DNA from: Squalus acanthias
Lineage: Eukaryota
Assembly (NCBI GenBank): GCA_030390025.1
Contig: CM059432.1
Span: 81,470,001-81,534,000, forward strand
Length of the DNA: 64,000 nt
Direction of reading: 5' to 3'
Each line of letters opens with the position of its first letter. Position 1 is the stretch's first letter. A model generated the notes under the pieces. It saw only the letters and a list, made by a program, of their open reading frames with translations, ran no database searches and was not told the origin of the DNA. Below are positions 12,541 to 24,997 of this stretch, piece by piece. The translations under genes and the position numbers were made by a program.

Positions 12541-14559
12541 TTCAGTCACACTGCAGCTGGATATTAACTTAGTTTACTTAATATTTCTCTTCATTTATGC
12601 TGTATAGGTTTAATAGTGTTGCAACATTTCCAAGTATCATTAGATATGGGGCTGAATTCCCTCAGCCATTCTGCCAGATTCCCAACATAACTATGGCAGG
12701 AGTCCAGCAGAATGGCGCGGAATAAGGCTATAAGCTGAGGGTGCCGGGTCCCAACGTTAGCTGGGAAATCCCAATTAGCCTTGTAAGGAGTGCATCTTCC
12801 ATCCACCCCTTATAAGGCCAGCCATATCAAAGAGGATGGGGCCAGAGGTGGGGACTACTTTGCCAACCTATAAGGGACCCGGGTGTGACACTGGAGACTG
12901 ATATACCCAGTGAGAGGAAGGGCAAAAGTGGGCATTACTGGCAGGAGTGCTAAAGAGGCACGGTAGGTTTCCTGGACTCCCGAAGATGGGAATTTAAAAA
13001 AAGTTCCACTGCTCAGCTTACACAGGAATTTTCAGCAACACGGTACAGGTACCCGAGATGTACCCAGGTGCCCGCCAGCCCCATGTATACTCCAGCTGGG
13101 TCAGTGCTAGAGGGCACTAGCTGGTGTGATTCTAGTGTAACTGCCGCGATTGGGGCCCATGCATTTTCCGGGTCAAGATTATTTGCCAGAGTTCTATGTT
13201 TAGTACAGTACCAATAATCTGTGCTTTCTGTTTCTTCAAGGTTTATGACCTGAAGCAAAGACCTTCAAGAAAGACTTAACACTGATTATGCAACTGAAGA
13301 CAAAGGGAAAGTTTGAATACCTTCTGTATATTGAATTAAAGCTACACAATTTTTATATTTTTATAAGTACAACCACTGTTAATGATGAATTATATAAGGA
13401 ATATAATAATAGAAAATTGCTTTGCACCATCAATTACTTTAGCCTGTTTGCAATAAATCATTTTAATCAAGTATGATGAGGACTAAAATTGTGTTACAAA
13501 GGCCATGTATCCTACATTGTGGGAATTTTAATATTTAATTTCAATACATTTTTGTCATAAATGTTCGTTGTAAAATCTAGTGAATAAGTCACACTTTTAT
13601 CTCTACAGATGTTGTGCAAATCGCCGTGTCAAATGGATGCCTATTTGTTAAACATAGTAGAAGATCCTTTGCTTTAGAGGCCTTACAGAAGACCTCAAAC
13701 AACAGACCTATACACTAGATTTTACTGCAGCTTAATGGTTGTTGCGATGGGTTCTCCTTTGGCTAGGATTACATATAAATAATGGCAAGAGTTTTTGCTT
13801 GATTAAAAGAATTGTATGTTTGGCAAAATATCACTATTTTTATTTTGTAATTAAAGAAAAACGAAAACTTTGGAACAAAAGGAAAATTGATTTAAATATG
13901 CAGGCATTTAATGCAGTTTCCCTGGTTGTCGAGAATTACATGATGAAAATTAAAGTAAATTACTGAGATCAATGATGCAAATTTCTCCACTGTTGTATTT
14001 TCCCATCTGGACTTGGAAAAAATCTGATCACCTTTCTGCTCACGAAACCTGCAGACACTAAATACTGTAATTTCTTACTTTATTTTCTCATTTGCTGCAA
14101 AATAGTTTCAAATACATGTTGTCAGGCTCTTCAATATTGTACATTTAATATTTTTAAGTGCATTAGTACACTCTCTAGGGATTGTATGCAATTGCATTGT
14201 GTTATTTATTCTAAATATTTGCATCCTGTTATTGCAATGAATTATTTCTATCATAAAAAGACATTGGCCGGAATTTTCTGTTCCTGGGCGAGTTGGGTGC
14301 GGGCGGTCGCCGTGGCGGGTCACGACCCCGTTCTTCATACCATGCCGCTCCTGAGATCGACTTTATGTTAATGAGGTTTATTAAGGCCGCCCTGCGTGTT
14401 ACCTGGCCCATTTAAATGGTGCGGGTCTGATAACGTCAGCGATGACGCGTTTTCAGCTGGGATATTTAAAGGAGCCATGGCCACATTGCATTTAAAGATT
14501 CATCTAGGATAGTGCAGGCAGCACTCTGCAAAATTGGACTGCTACAAAGAGTGCCAAAC

Positions 14560-16448
14560 ATGACTGCACTGAGACAGAGGGCTACACTCAGGTTCTCCGA
14601 TGACTCCCTCCATATGCTGTGGAGGGAGTGAGAGCACGCAGGGAGGTCCTCTTCCCTTCTAATGGACGGAAGAGAGCTCCCCAGGAGACAAAAGGAGCCT
14701 GGCTCCGAATAGCAGAGAAGGTGAACAGCAGGGGTGTGGTCAGGAGGACCTGGGTGCAGTGCCGCAAACTGTTTCAATGATCTCATTAGATCTGGAAAGG
14801 TGAGTGCAAAGCCACACTCAACTTCATCCTGCTGCGCCACTCATCACATCCCCATCACTCTGCCTTCCCAACTCTGCTCCTGCACATCCGTACTCACACC
14901 AACTTACCTTGCACGTCCACCTATCCCTCGCTATCTACATTATCACATCCCCATCTGACTAGCCACCCCTCACACTCACCCTCATGCTAATGCAATCATA
15001 CCAACTAACAACACACAAGGAGGCCACTTGGCATTGCCACCCCTCTCCATCATAGTCACCCTCTACAGATGTAACCCATCCATTCCTTACACTCTTTCCA
15101 TCACTCTCACTCAACCTTCTCTTCTTTCCCTCCTTGCAGTAAAAGTGAGCCCACAATAAGAGGGCGAGGGAGAGAACCGGAGGTGGCACTCCATCATTGG
15201 CCACCCTAACATCAGCAGAGGAGGCTGCCTTGGAAGTCTCTGGAGTCGTCGAGCAGCTGGAAGTTGGGAGACGGAGAGAGGGAGACCTCTCAGCAACCTT
15301 GCGACAGAATTACATATTATACAGCTGCATGGCATACAGCAGTCACTCATATGGGGACTGATGTCAGCAGCCAGTGAATGTTCATCATGTGCATAATGGT
15401 ATCTGGACCCCTTCAAATGACATATCTAACTCCTCTCTTTACTCTCCCACAGGTGCATCAAGTGACCCCCCCACTGTCCAGGAGGAAGAGGAAGACGACT
15501 TCTCAGAGCAGCCTCTGAGGGCGCACTGTCACCAGACATAAGCGCACCCAGCACCAGGGCAGATACGCACACCTCGGTGGGTCCCCCGCGAGATAGAGTA
15601 GTGTTGTCACCTGGTGTCTCACAACTCACAAGTGAGCAAGAGCAGATGGTGGAGAAAGGACGGCAGTGGAGACTCTTCGCCAGAGAGCGCAGGACGCTCC
15701 CAGCTCTGCTCAGCTGCATGCAGACGCTGAGCTTCGGGGGCCATCAAGAAAGAGGGCATCCTGGATGTGCAGCAAGAAGTGTAGGAGGCTGTGACAGGTT
15801 TTGCGGCCGCGATGTCTGCAAATGTCGAGAGAATGGAGGAGTCCATCTCCAACATGAGCACCACCGTGTTGCAGGTGATGGTGACTCTAGGCTCTTCCAT
15901 GGATAGGATGGCCTCCTGCATGGAGCAGCTGATGCGCTACTCAGAGGAGCACATGGTCTCTATGGGGAATAGATGGCTATATGGAGGATAGATGGCTATC
16001 TATGGGGAATAGATGGTAGAGGCTCATAAACGTCCTCTCTAGGAGGGATGTCAATGTAGAAGTGGGTCCTCATGGCCCCACTGCTGGCAGCAAGGTGCTC
16101 TCCAGCTCCTTGCTAGCAGGAAAGTGCAGGTGGCCCATGAGAGGGATGATGGTGAGAGGGGACATGCAAGTGGGGGCTACTTCAAAGCGCTCGCACTTCT
16201 CCCCGGTTGCCCCCCTCAGTCAGAGCCCCAGATGCCTCCTTGGATCACGATGGCCAAGTTTGCCCCTGCACATTCACAGGAGAAGCAGACTTTGGCGGGG
16301 CCATAACAGGCTCCAAAACCCAGAGGATGTCCGCCAAAAAGATCTATGCAATCGCAGCAGGGAAGTGAGCAGGCTGCCTCTACCTCTGCTGAAGCCACGG
16401 GTAGCACCTCGTAAAAGCACACGTAAGAGAAAGATGAAACACAAGTAG
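14560..16448 (+). pseudogene. Harbinger Myb/SANT partner gene, multi-exon, frameshifted
   Basis: RFSDDSL...W..IAEKVNS...RTWVQCRK...NDL motifs. Donor aag|gtgagt near 14800, acceptors near 15139 and 15452, basic C-terminus PRKSTRKRKMKHK*. Confidence 0.75.
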
Positions 16449-16759
16449 ATTCACAAGGGTAACCTCTTGGGTGTTTTATTAAATATGTTTCTGTAAAGTT
16501 TCCATTACTGTGATGTCAGAGATAAAAAGAACTTTATTTTCACCACTTTCCGATCATGGACAAATTTGTGTGCACCTTTGGAAGTGGCTTAGTCAGTTGG
16601 AGTGAATGGTGAGACATAACGTTACCTTCCAGCAATGGTGGTCAGTGTGAAAAGAATGGCTTGGTCATTGTAGGGATGCTTTATGATGTTGCTGTGGGTG
16701 ATGCCAACCTGGCGCAGCGTGTGGCAGCCATATGGGTGTAATACGTAAAGTTAAGTAAA

Positions 16760-17985
16760 TCTGGCCATGATGAGCCCATCCCTGGCCTCCTGGGCAGCAA
16801 TGTGCTCGGGTGCTGGTGGGATCTGGACCGCAGGTTCCTCCTGCTCCTCCTCCTCGTCTTCCAGCTGATGCTCCTTCTCCTCCTCTGAAGAGGTTGTGCA
16901 CTCAGAGCCTTGCTCCTTATGCAGCGCTACTCCTCACTGCTGCATTACATTGTGTAGGGCGCAGCAGACCACGACGATACTGGAGACCCTGGCTGGTGCG
17001 TACTGAAGGGCTCCTTCAGATCTGTCAAGGCATCTGAAGCACATTTTCAGCATGCCTATTGTCTGCTCTGTGACACATCTGGTGGACATGTGGCTTTCAT
17101 TATATCTCTCCTGGGCCTCAGTACTTGGCCTCTTCAAGGGTGTCATGAGCTATGTCTTCAGTGGATAGCCTTGTCTCCAAGCAGCCAGCCGGAAAGTCTG
17201 TTTGGAGGAGCAAAGAGCCGAAGGAGGGTGGACTGGCACAGGATGAAAGAGTCATGACAGCTGCCAGGGAATTTTACGCACACATGCATGTTGATCTTCC
17301 TATGGTTGCAGACGAGCTGCACATTGAGGGAGTGGAAGCTCTTGCGGTTAACACAAACTCCTGGGTAATGATGGGGTGCCCTGATGGCCACATGTGTGCA
17401 GTCGATGATGCCCTGCACCCATGGGAAGCCAGCCAGAGTGGCAAAGCCGAGCGCCCACTCAGTAACACTGGCTTCATCAGTGGCAAAGTTGATATAATTG
17501 GCTGACTTGTCAAACAGGGCATCGGTGACCTGTGTGATGCATCTGTGGGCAGCCGACTGCGAGATGCTGCAAATGTCTACTGCAGATTTCTGGAAGGAGC
17601 CTGAGGTGAAGAGGTTGAGGGCGCTGATGACTTTGACAGCCACTGGTAAGGCATGTCCACCCGCTCCTCTGGGCTGCCGGTCTTTCTCGAGCAATCTGCA
17701 AATGTCTGCAATGACCTGGCGCGATAGCCTGAGCCTCCTTTGGCACTGCTGCTCAGTCATGTTGAGGAAGCTCATCCTCTGCCTGTATACCCTGTGTTGA
17801 GGGTATCGCCTCTGGCGCGGTGCAGCCCTGCGCTGATGCCCTCTGTTCTGTGCAGCATCAGGTGGTTGAGGAGAAGGTTGGTGGTGTTGTTGTTGGTGCT
17901 GCTGGTGAGCCTGTTGCTGCTGGTGTTGGGGCTCATTGTGGTCCGATTCTGAGGACCAAGGTGAGACAGTATAAATGGCACCCAT
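16760..17985 (-). pseudogene. Harbinger DDE transposase (HARBI1-like), frameshifted
   Basis: ORFs 17158-17985 ([34 protein letters not shown]) and 16934-17146 (TEQTIGMLKMCFRCL, CCALHN). Confidence 0.92.
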
Positions 17986-20220
17986 GCTGATGAAATAGAT
18001 GGCAGGTCAATGACAGAAGCAATCTGTCAATGGTGTGATAGGTTCTACCAATGAGGTGACACTGGACGCGGACGTTGCTGGAAACACTTGCAACCTCTAG
18101 AAAGCTAAATCTGTGCTGGCAATGCAGTCAGCAACAGCATCTGCCTTAGGAAAGTGATCAGCTGTGAGGTTGGAGTTTTTATTGTACTTCTCATGCTGTG
18201 CACTAATGAACTGGATCAATGGCCACTCAACCTCCGCCTCAGGTTCACAGATGTGGTTTCCGAGCTGCGTGATTCCCACGCTCATCCAGGGAAATTTGAA
18301 AGGTCGGGTGAAAAAAGGTGCTTAAGAGTCTGATAAGTACCTCATAATGATTTAAATTAGCTCGCTCGCCTCTGTCATTCCGGTCGCTGCCGCACCGGCA
18401 AACGCGCCTGAGGGAAAGGCGTGTGGGGGCGAGATTATGGCGGGTTCCCGACCCGCTGCAGGATATTTCAAATTTCCCATCCGACCCGCCTCCAATCGCG
18501 CCCGCACAGACCCCAGAAAATTCAGGCCATTGTTCCAGAAATTGCTCTAGGACGCATTCCTGACAGTTACACCTTACATACATGCACGTTCATTCCTTCT
18601 TACACCAGGATCTGACGGCCAGTTACCTCTGCCAGTGAACCACCAGAATATATGGGGTCGGTGGGATGTCACCCTAGTTAAATATTGCCAGCTGGCACCC
18701 ACACCACTAGAGGGGCATCTTTGATTCCCGCCAGCCCCCACAGGCTAGAATGTCCAGTGGCAGTCTCTCTCCTGCCCACCCTCCCCAAAGATGTTTGTAT
18801 GACCCCTTTGGCCTCTGTTGTAAGAGGGCTGATATTATCATTAATTAAAAAGATTTAGAATTACCTTGTCTTGATGGCCCAGACCACTTATCTGACCTGA
18901 CCTGGACTTCCAGGTGGGGCCCACTTAGATCCTTCAAGTGGCTGGTATGCTTTATCTCACTTGGTGTATTAGCCTCTAACTTATGCCAGGCCACTTTGAG
19001 GCCCAGGAAGTAGAAATTTCCAGCAGCAGAAGTCCCGGCCTCAGCCTCACCCCCCTCTGCTTCAGTGGCGATGTTTGGGGCAAGGGGATGCTCTGTTCCC
19101 AAAACAAGGTCGCCAGAAGCTCCATCATAAGGCCAGAATCCGGCATATCCAGGCCCTGGCAGAGTTTGCGACCGTTTTACCAGACTCCTACCTGAGCTAC
19201 GGTCAGAATCCACTGACCAGCTGAGCAATATGGGGGTCATAACATTTTAGAAAAATATATTTCAGAAAAACATGATTTTGGAAGTGTTTTGGTCCAATAG
19301 ATCCATACGTTAAGACATAGGAGCCCCAAAAATTCACAGGCTTCCAGTGGACTCCGACTGCAAGTTGGCAAGAACACAGTGGAAGACCTGCAAATTAGCC
19401 CAGATACACTGGGCTCCCAGCCTAGGGCTGCTACTTTCTGCAGGACCTTGTTTGATGTGGAAACTCCATCCAGTCCAAACACGGTCTCCTACATCAGAGG
19501 GGGGCATGTCTGGGGGGCTCCCCGGTTGAGAATTTCCTTGGCCCTGCCTAGTTTTCCATTGGGCAGCCAATGAGGGGGAGGGCTTCCAACCATTTATAGA
19601 AGTGGTAATTTTATGAATCATGCTCCAGACCTGGAGCCTCACAGCCCAGGAGTGCTTTTCGGGAATTCAGGTGTGCCCCACAATTGTCTGTACATACATG
19701 CCAGGCTACAAAATTCGGAAAAGCTGACATATCAAGAAAACAACGTACAACTTAAAAACAGCCCTGAAAAAAGGCCAATGACCAAAGGCAGTGCTTCAAA
19801 GCAACTTAATAAATGAATTCCTATTTATTACATCGAATTTCAGGATTTTTATCAATGTCTTGGAGTTTCATTCTGCAATTCAGTTTGTTTTTTCTGGGGA
19901 TCAAACTGTGCCCATCTCCATGGCTCTGTGCTGGAGAACTAATGCTGAACTACCATGATGCTGTGAAGCTAAGGAAAGAAGCCCTGGAAAGACAGCAGTG
20001 CAATGAGAAAATGTCAGAGGAAATGTAATTTCTCCATGAGTTTGGCGACATTGTGTGTCCCTCTGTGCACAAGGCACTGTCAATGGCTTTATCAGCACTC
20101 TGCGTAAGTATAATTTTTTTACATTTGTCTCAGTACTGTATTAAACATTTTAAAAACAAAATTACCTTAAGAGGGATTGTTTATAGTTTTTAAAAGGAGA
20201 AGCTCCTTCCTAATCTTAAT

Positions 20221-20280
20221 TTAAGCGCCTTGGGACGTTTTACTACGTTAAAGGCGCTATATAAATACAGGTTGTTGTTG
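20221..20280 (+). mobile_element. Extremely 5'-truncated L2 tail
   Basis: aagcgccttgggacg...aaaggcgctatataaatacag(gtt)n, flanked by the TSD taatctt (20211-17 / 20281-87). Confidence 0.7.
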
Positions 20281-20419
20281 TAATCTTCGCTAGTCTGAAT
20301 TGTTCCAAATTGAGATCTTTTGTATAGAAAGGTGAAGTGGCCCAATTATGGTCTCTTGGTTGCTCAGTTTAATTTGATATTCATCCGTAATGGTGATTTT
20401 GATGACTTGTTCAGATAAT

Positions 20420-20580
20420 GAAGGGGAGCCTGAATGAGTGTCCTGTCCAATATTTAACCCACAACCAACATCACTAAAACAGATTATCTGGTCATTATCT
20501 CATTATGTAATTGGCTGTAAAGCGCTTTGGGTCTTCCTGAGGTTGTGAAAGGTGCTATATAATTGCAATTCTTTCTTTTA
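20420..20580 (+). mobile_element. DeuSINE 3' fragment
   Basis: Matches 56830-56905 and the L2-like tail tgtaaagcgctttggg...ggtgctatat. Confidence 0.7.
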
Positions 20581-21659
20581 TTCAGTACCAAGAGGAGGTT
20601 ATATTTTGCATTCCATGGCTTGTCATTATTTATGTTTATACCTAACTAATTAAACTAAATTCAATGTAGAAATCATTTTTCACATTACATGATGAAGAGG
20701 AATGGGAAGAGATGATTTAAAACCCACAGGCATGTACCCACCTTTAGTTCATTAATTGCAGTTCCTGGTCCCGCAAAGATTCTAAATGCCATGACTATTG
20801 CAGCAGTACAATATGGGCTGTAGTAGGTGGCAAACAGCATGAACGGGGCTAGAAACAGATGGCAGGGATATAGTAGTAGTGATTGAGCCCAGGCCTCCTT
20901 AGTTGAACAGTTGCAAGTTCAAATCACACAGGAGGGTACAGATGTAGCAGTGATGAAACCCACCCAGCCAAAGCAGACCAATGTGATAGACAAGTAACCC
21001 TGGGACTTGTCCTGAAAAAAGTTCAGACATGAGCAACAGGTAGCCCTAGGATTCCTCAATGAAAATGTAGATTCAACTGTTTTAAATATTGGGTCAATGC
21101 ATAAATATTTTATAGAAGACATATTTTGGAATTTGGGGTATATTTTGAAATGGAAATCTATTGAACAGTCATACAAAAAGCATACCAGCTTTGATTTGAT
21201 CAGTCTGGATTAAGTTAGCTGAAAAGCACAAGGAGCTGTGGGAAGCCAGCTTTTGTGACATTAAACATTCTCTATTCCTCTACGATATTTCCTTTTAAAA
21301 TATCTGGTAGATTCAGAGTAAGCTATCTTCCAATTCTGACACCATGAGCATTTGCTATTGGCCCAAAAGTTGCTGCCAAAATAACGGTGAGTTTAATGGC
21401 GCTCGCCGTTATTAATGTGTAAATTGTCCAGCAACTTGAGGTGAGGAAGAGATAGCCCATGAATTGCAAATTGCCACAGGTTGCTGGACGATTTACACCA
21501 CTCTGCCATTAGCCTCACGAAAACGGCAGCTCACCCTCAACCTCCTCGTGAGTTTCAGGAAGTTGCTGCATTTACACATTAATTGACAATTAAACTTGCC
21601 ACAGAAAGTTAGGGCTGGAACTTAACAGCGTAAGGACCTCTTTAATGATGAGATTTATG

Positions 21660-22448
21660 GGCTGGAAATTGCAGCCAGAGGCTTCCCGCGGGCGAATGCC
21701 TCCGAACCGCAAGAAAAGTCCGCACCTACCTGGTGCCTCTGTATCTTCGAAGACTCGCGCTCCTGGGCCTGCAGGCATACCGCTGCATAAAGGCCCACAT
21801 ATCCCAGGGGCGCATGTGGTTCGCAAGTGTTCCTGGGATCATGTGGACCGGCCCAACCAATCACAAAGGGGGATTCCCATTATCCTTATGGGGATTCCAT
21901 TTACGGACAGAATTCCCATAAGCAGAATTAGGAATCCCCTAAAAAATACATTTCACAGCACTGAAATAAAAATAAATCATCACATGTTCAAAATTAATTA
22001 AAATACAATTTCATTAAACATTTAAAACAAAAAAATAATTTTTTGAAAAATAAATTTAAACATTTTTCATGGGGCCAAAAATAACCTAAACTAATTTTAA
22101 AGGTTTTTGTATGGTTAAATCATTTAAAAAAAATTATTTTAATATTTATTTAAACCCTTATGCCGGTAAAAGAAGGCCTTACGCCTGCTTTTACCATGAT
22201 GCGGAGATGCCGGTGTTGGACTGGGCATACCAGGCATAAGAGTTTTGTGGGCATTCGCTGGGCAGTAGTTGGGCAAATGGCCCAACACTGCACCAGCAAA
22301 TGTCCATTTCCTGCGGATTCGTACGATCTGTCAAGCTGAAACTTGACAGATTGCAAGTTCCAGGTTTTCGCGCATGCGGGTCTTGCAGGGCACTTACAAC
22401 CGTGTACGCTGTGCGATTGCGGTCATAGGCCCCGGAAAATCCAGGCCC
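21660..22448. mobile_element. Nested Harbinger-like MITE
   Basis: Ends ggctggaaatt / gaaaatccaggccc, candidate TSD atg. CpG-rich arms, AT-rich core and internal hairpins. Confidence 0.65.
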
Positions 22449-22880
22449 ATGTTTCTGCAATGCCACTCAACCTCTCTGGACCAGAAAGTATTAAATTATT
22501 GCTTAAGATTTTTTAAATTTTATGGGGTAGAAATTAGGTCGCGCCCCATTTGGGGCGCAAATATCGTCCGAGCGCAAATATTAGCGCCTGGCGCTAATTA
22601 TCGGCACTGACAGGAAACTTCACTTTTACCGCCCCGGGAGGTGAGTGGAGCGCTAAAGCAGGCGCTGCACACCTCTCTTAAGGCGCAAAGGCCTAGGAGT
22701 GAGGCGCTACCTCAGCGCACGAGCGCAGCGCAGCTGCTGCCAGTTAGCGAGGGAACACAGACACACTGGCGCCGGACACTTCTTAAAGCGGGGGGGTCCA
22801 CTTGCTCCCCAGCCACACCCTGCTCATTGCAGCCTTGAATCTCAGCCTGGAGAGACCTGTAATCCATTTTGCTGCCAAGC

Positions 22881-24703
22881 ATGGAGAGGGTGAGAGAACG
22901 CGCTCATCGCTTCACCGAGCGGGCCTTGGATGCTCTGGTTGACGCAGTGGAGCGCAGACGATGCATGCTGTTCCCGGAGAGTGGCAGGAGGCCTTTGCCA
23001 CGCGAGTTCAGAAGAGTGTGGAGGGAGGTGGCTCAGAGCGTCTCCTCCAGGAGCATGGTGCCCAGGACCCATGTTCAGTGCTGCAAAAAGTTCAACGACC
23101 TCACTCGGGTCGTCAGGGTGAGTGGCTTTTTCTCAATACCTCTCCATCCCTCCATCTCAACCTCACTCTATGGCCAGAGGGTCTTAAAACCCCAATGCAC
23201 AACACTCATGCAACACCTATGGCCCTTTCATCAAACACACACACACATTCCACACTTTGCATACAGTAAGGGCTATTCACCTATGGGAGGCACATCAGGC
23301 AAGACCATGGCTGCATATTGTAAGGGCTATTCACCTATGGGAGGCACATCAGGCAAGACCATGGCTGTATATTTACTCAGATGCTGTCCTTTTTCTTGCA
23401 GGCTAAGCTGGCTCATAATCGGAGACAGCAGCAACGGACGGGTGGAGGGCGGCTTCAGCTGCAACCCCTCAGCGATCTGGAGGAGCGCGTCCACAGGATT
23501 GTGGCAAGCCGGGTGATCGGTCCCGTCGCCACTGGGGACGCCGACCCCGTTGTGGACAGCAATGGTAAGGTCATCACCTTTTTGTCCTCTGTCCTTCCAC
23601 TTGTCCCTCACAATACCAGCCTTTGACACTTTCAATCCAACTTGCTAACTCGCTGCACTTATTCCTCCCTTACTGCCACCCTGTCCTCACGCTAAAGCCA
23701 CTCTTGTACCTCCCTGCTTTCAGATGGTGATTCACCAGCTGAGGAGACGGGCCCTGAAGCTGCCACTGGGAGTGATGCTGCAGCTGAGGAGGAAGAGGAA
23801 GCCGGAGCATCAGTGCCACCCTCTCCCGAGGAAGCCCATGGCCACACTGGGAACACGCCTTCCCCGGAGGGGAGCAGGGGGGAAGGGGCTGATGATGGTG
23901 AAGCTCCAGGACCCAGCGGGCTGCAGCAACGCCATGGGGGGGGGAGGGAAGAACGGGAGCCTTCTCCCCAGAGGGAGAGTATGCCAGACACTCCTACTGC
24001 AATGGACGCAGAGGAGGAGCGGCTGATTGCAGAAATGAACAGCCAGGCGGTGGGCATGCACACTGAGCTCATGGGTGCAGTGGGAAGGGTGCCCGAATGC
24101 ATTGAGGCACTGGCAAGGAGTGTGGAGCACTTCGCTGTAGCACAGGCGGATGCCACACTAAAGCTTAGTGCTGCAATTCAGTCACTGGCTGCCAGGAACC
24201 CATCTGAGACTGCTCTCATGCAGACTCAGATTGAGGCCATGCGAGCACTGACTGCTGCCATCCTCGATGGTTCGTGCACATGTCCCCGGGGCTGTCACCG
24301 CGCCGCAGCAGGCCAGCAATCTGTTCTCCGGCAAATTGCTCCGGATGCTGAAGTGCTGCCCCGTGGGAGTGCCAGTGTGTCGGGCGAGCAGGGAGTTGCT
24401 GTCCTCTCTCACGATGACAGCATTCCTGCTGCCAACACTGTCACTTCTCCACTGCACTTGCCACCGCCTGTAGGACAGACTGCTGCCGCCCATGCAGAGT
24501 TGGTGCAGTCTGCAGCCGGGCCCTCCAGGCCCAGAAGTGGTCGAGGCCGTCCTTCAGGGGCATCTGCAGTGTCAGGGTCTGACGAGCAGCAGCCTTCCAC
24601 CAGCCTTGCTGCAGCCACTGAGATCCCATTACGGAGGAGCAGTAGGGTTAGAAGGGGGGAAGTGCGCAAGGGAAGGAGATCACCCTCGAAGGGCAAAAAG
24701 TAG
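22881..24703 (+). CDS. Harbinger Myb/SANT-like (trihelix) DNA-binding protein; predicted exons 22881-23117, 23402-23564, 23724-24703 (~459 aa)
   Basis: MERVRERAHRFTERALDALV...WREVA...RTHVQCCKKFNDL | AKLAHNRRQQQRTGGG. GT-AG introns of phase 0 and 1 join in frame to ORF 23813-24703, which ends in a basic NLS-like tail. Confidence 0.85.
23258..23365. repeat. 54-bp tandem duplication in Myb intron 1
   Basis: tgcata..gtaagggctattcacctatgggaggcacatcaggcaagaccatggc occurs twice. Confidence 0.9.
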
Positions 24704-24997
24704 GAGGTGTGCCAAAATGCTGGTCATTTTTTTATTAAAGGCCGAGGTTCATGGCCCAACTTTTGTTTAGTGTTTTGGACATTATCTCCAGGTTGTGAGA
24801 ACCAGTTATGTTATTGACTGTTTTTTTGTGTTTATTTCTATGAGTTTGTCATGAGGAATTGACACACACAGAGTTTGTAAAATAAATAAGTTTCTGTATT
24901 CAAAATATACATGGCTGGTGGTTGGAATTATTGGTGCCTTGGCCGGCTTAGGGGTTGCGTGCTGGGTTGATTCGTGTTTGTAGCAATGGCAGGGGCC

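Larger units (their letters stand above)
14266..18528. mobile_element. Full-length but decayed PIF/Harbinger transposon (Myb gene +, transposase -)
   Basis: TIRs ggccggaattttctg / cagaaaattcaggcc (14/15 match), TSD att on both sides, two convergent pseudogenes. Confidence 0.93.

Noticed and set aside
18600..19720. GC-richer region with TIR-like words (also 3340-3630 and 12648-13190)
   Set aside because: Probably old MITEs, but paired TIRs and TSDs could not be fixed.
19880..20109. Possible host exon ending in gtaagt (similar candidates near 13610, 29400 and 38650)
   Set aside because: Stops or weak splice sites and no recognisable homology; a non-coding or pseudo-exon is not excluded.
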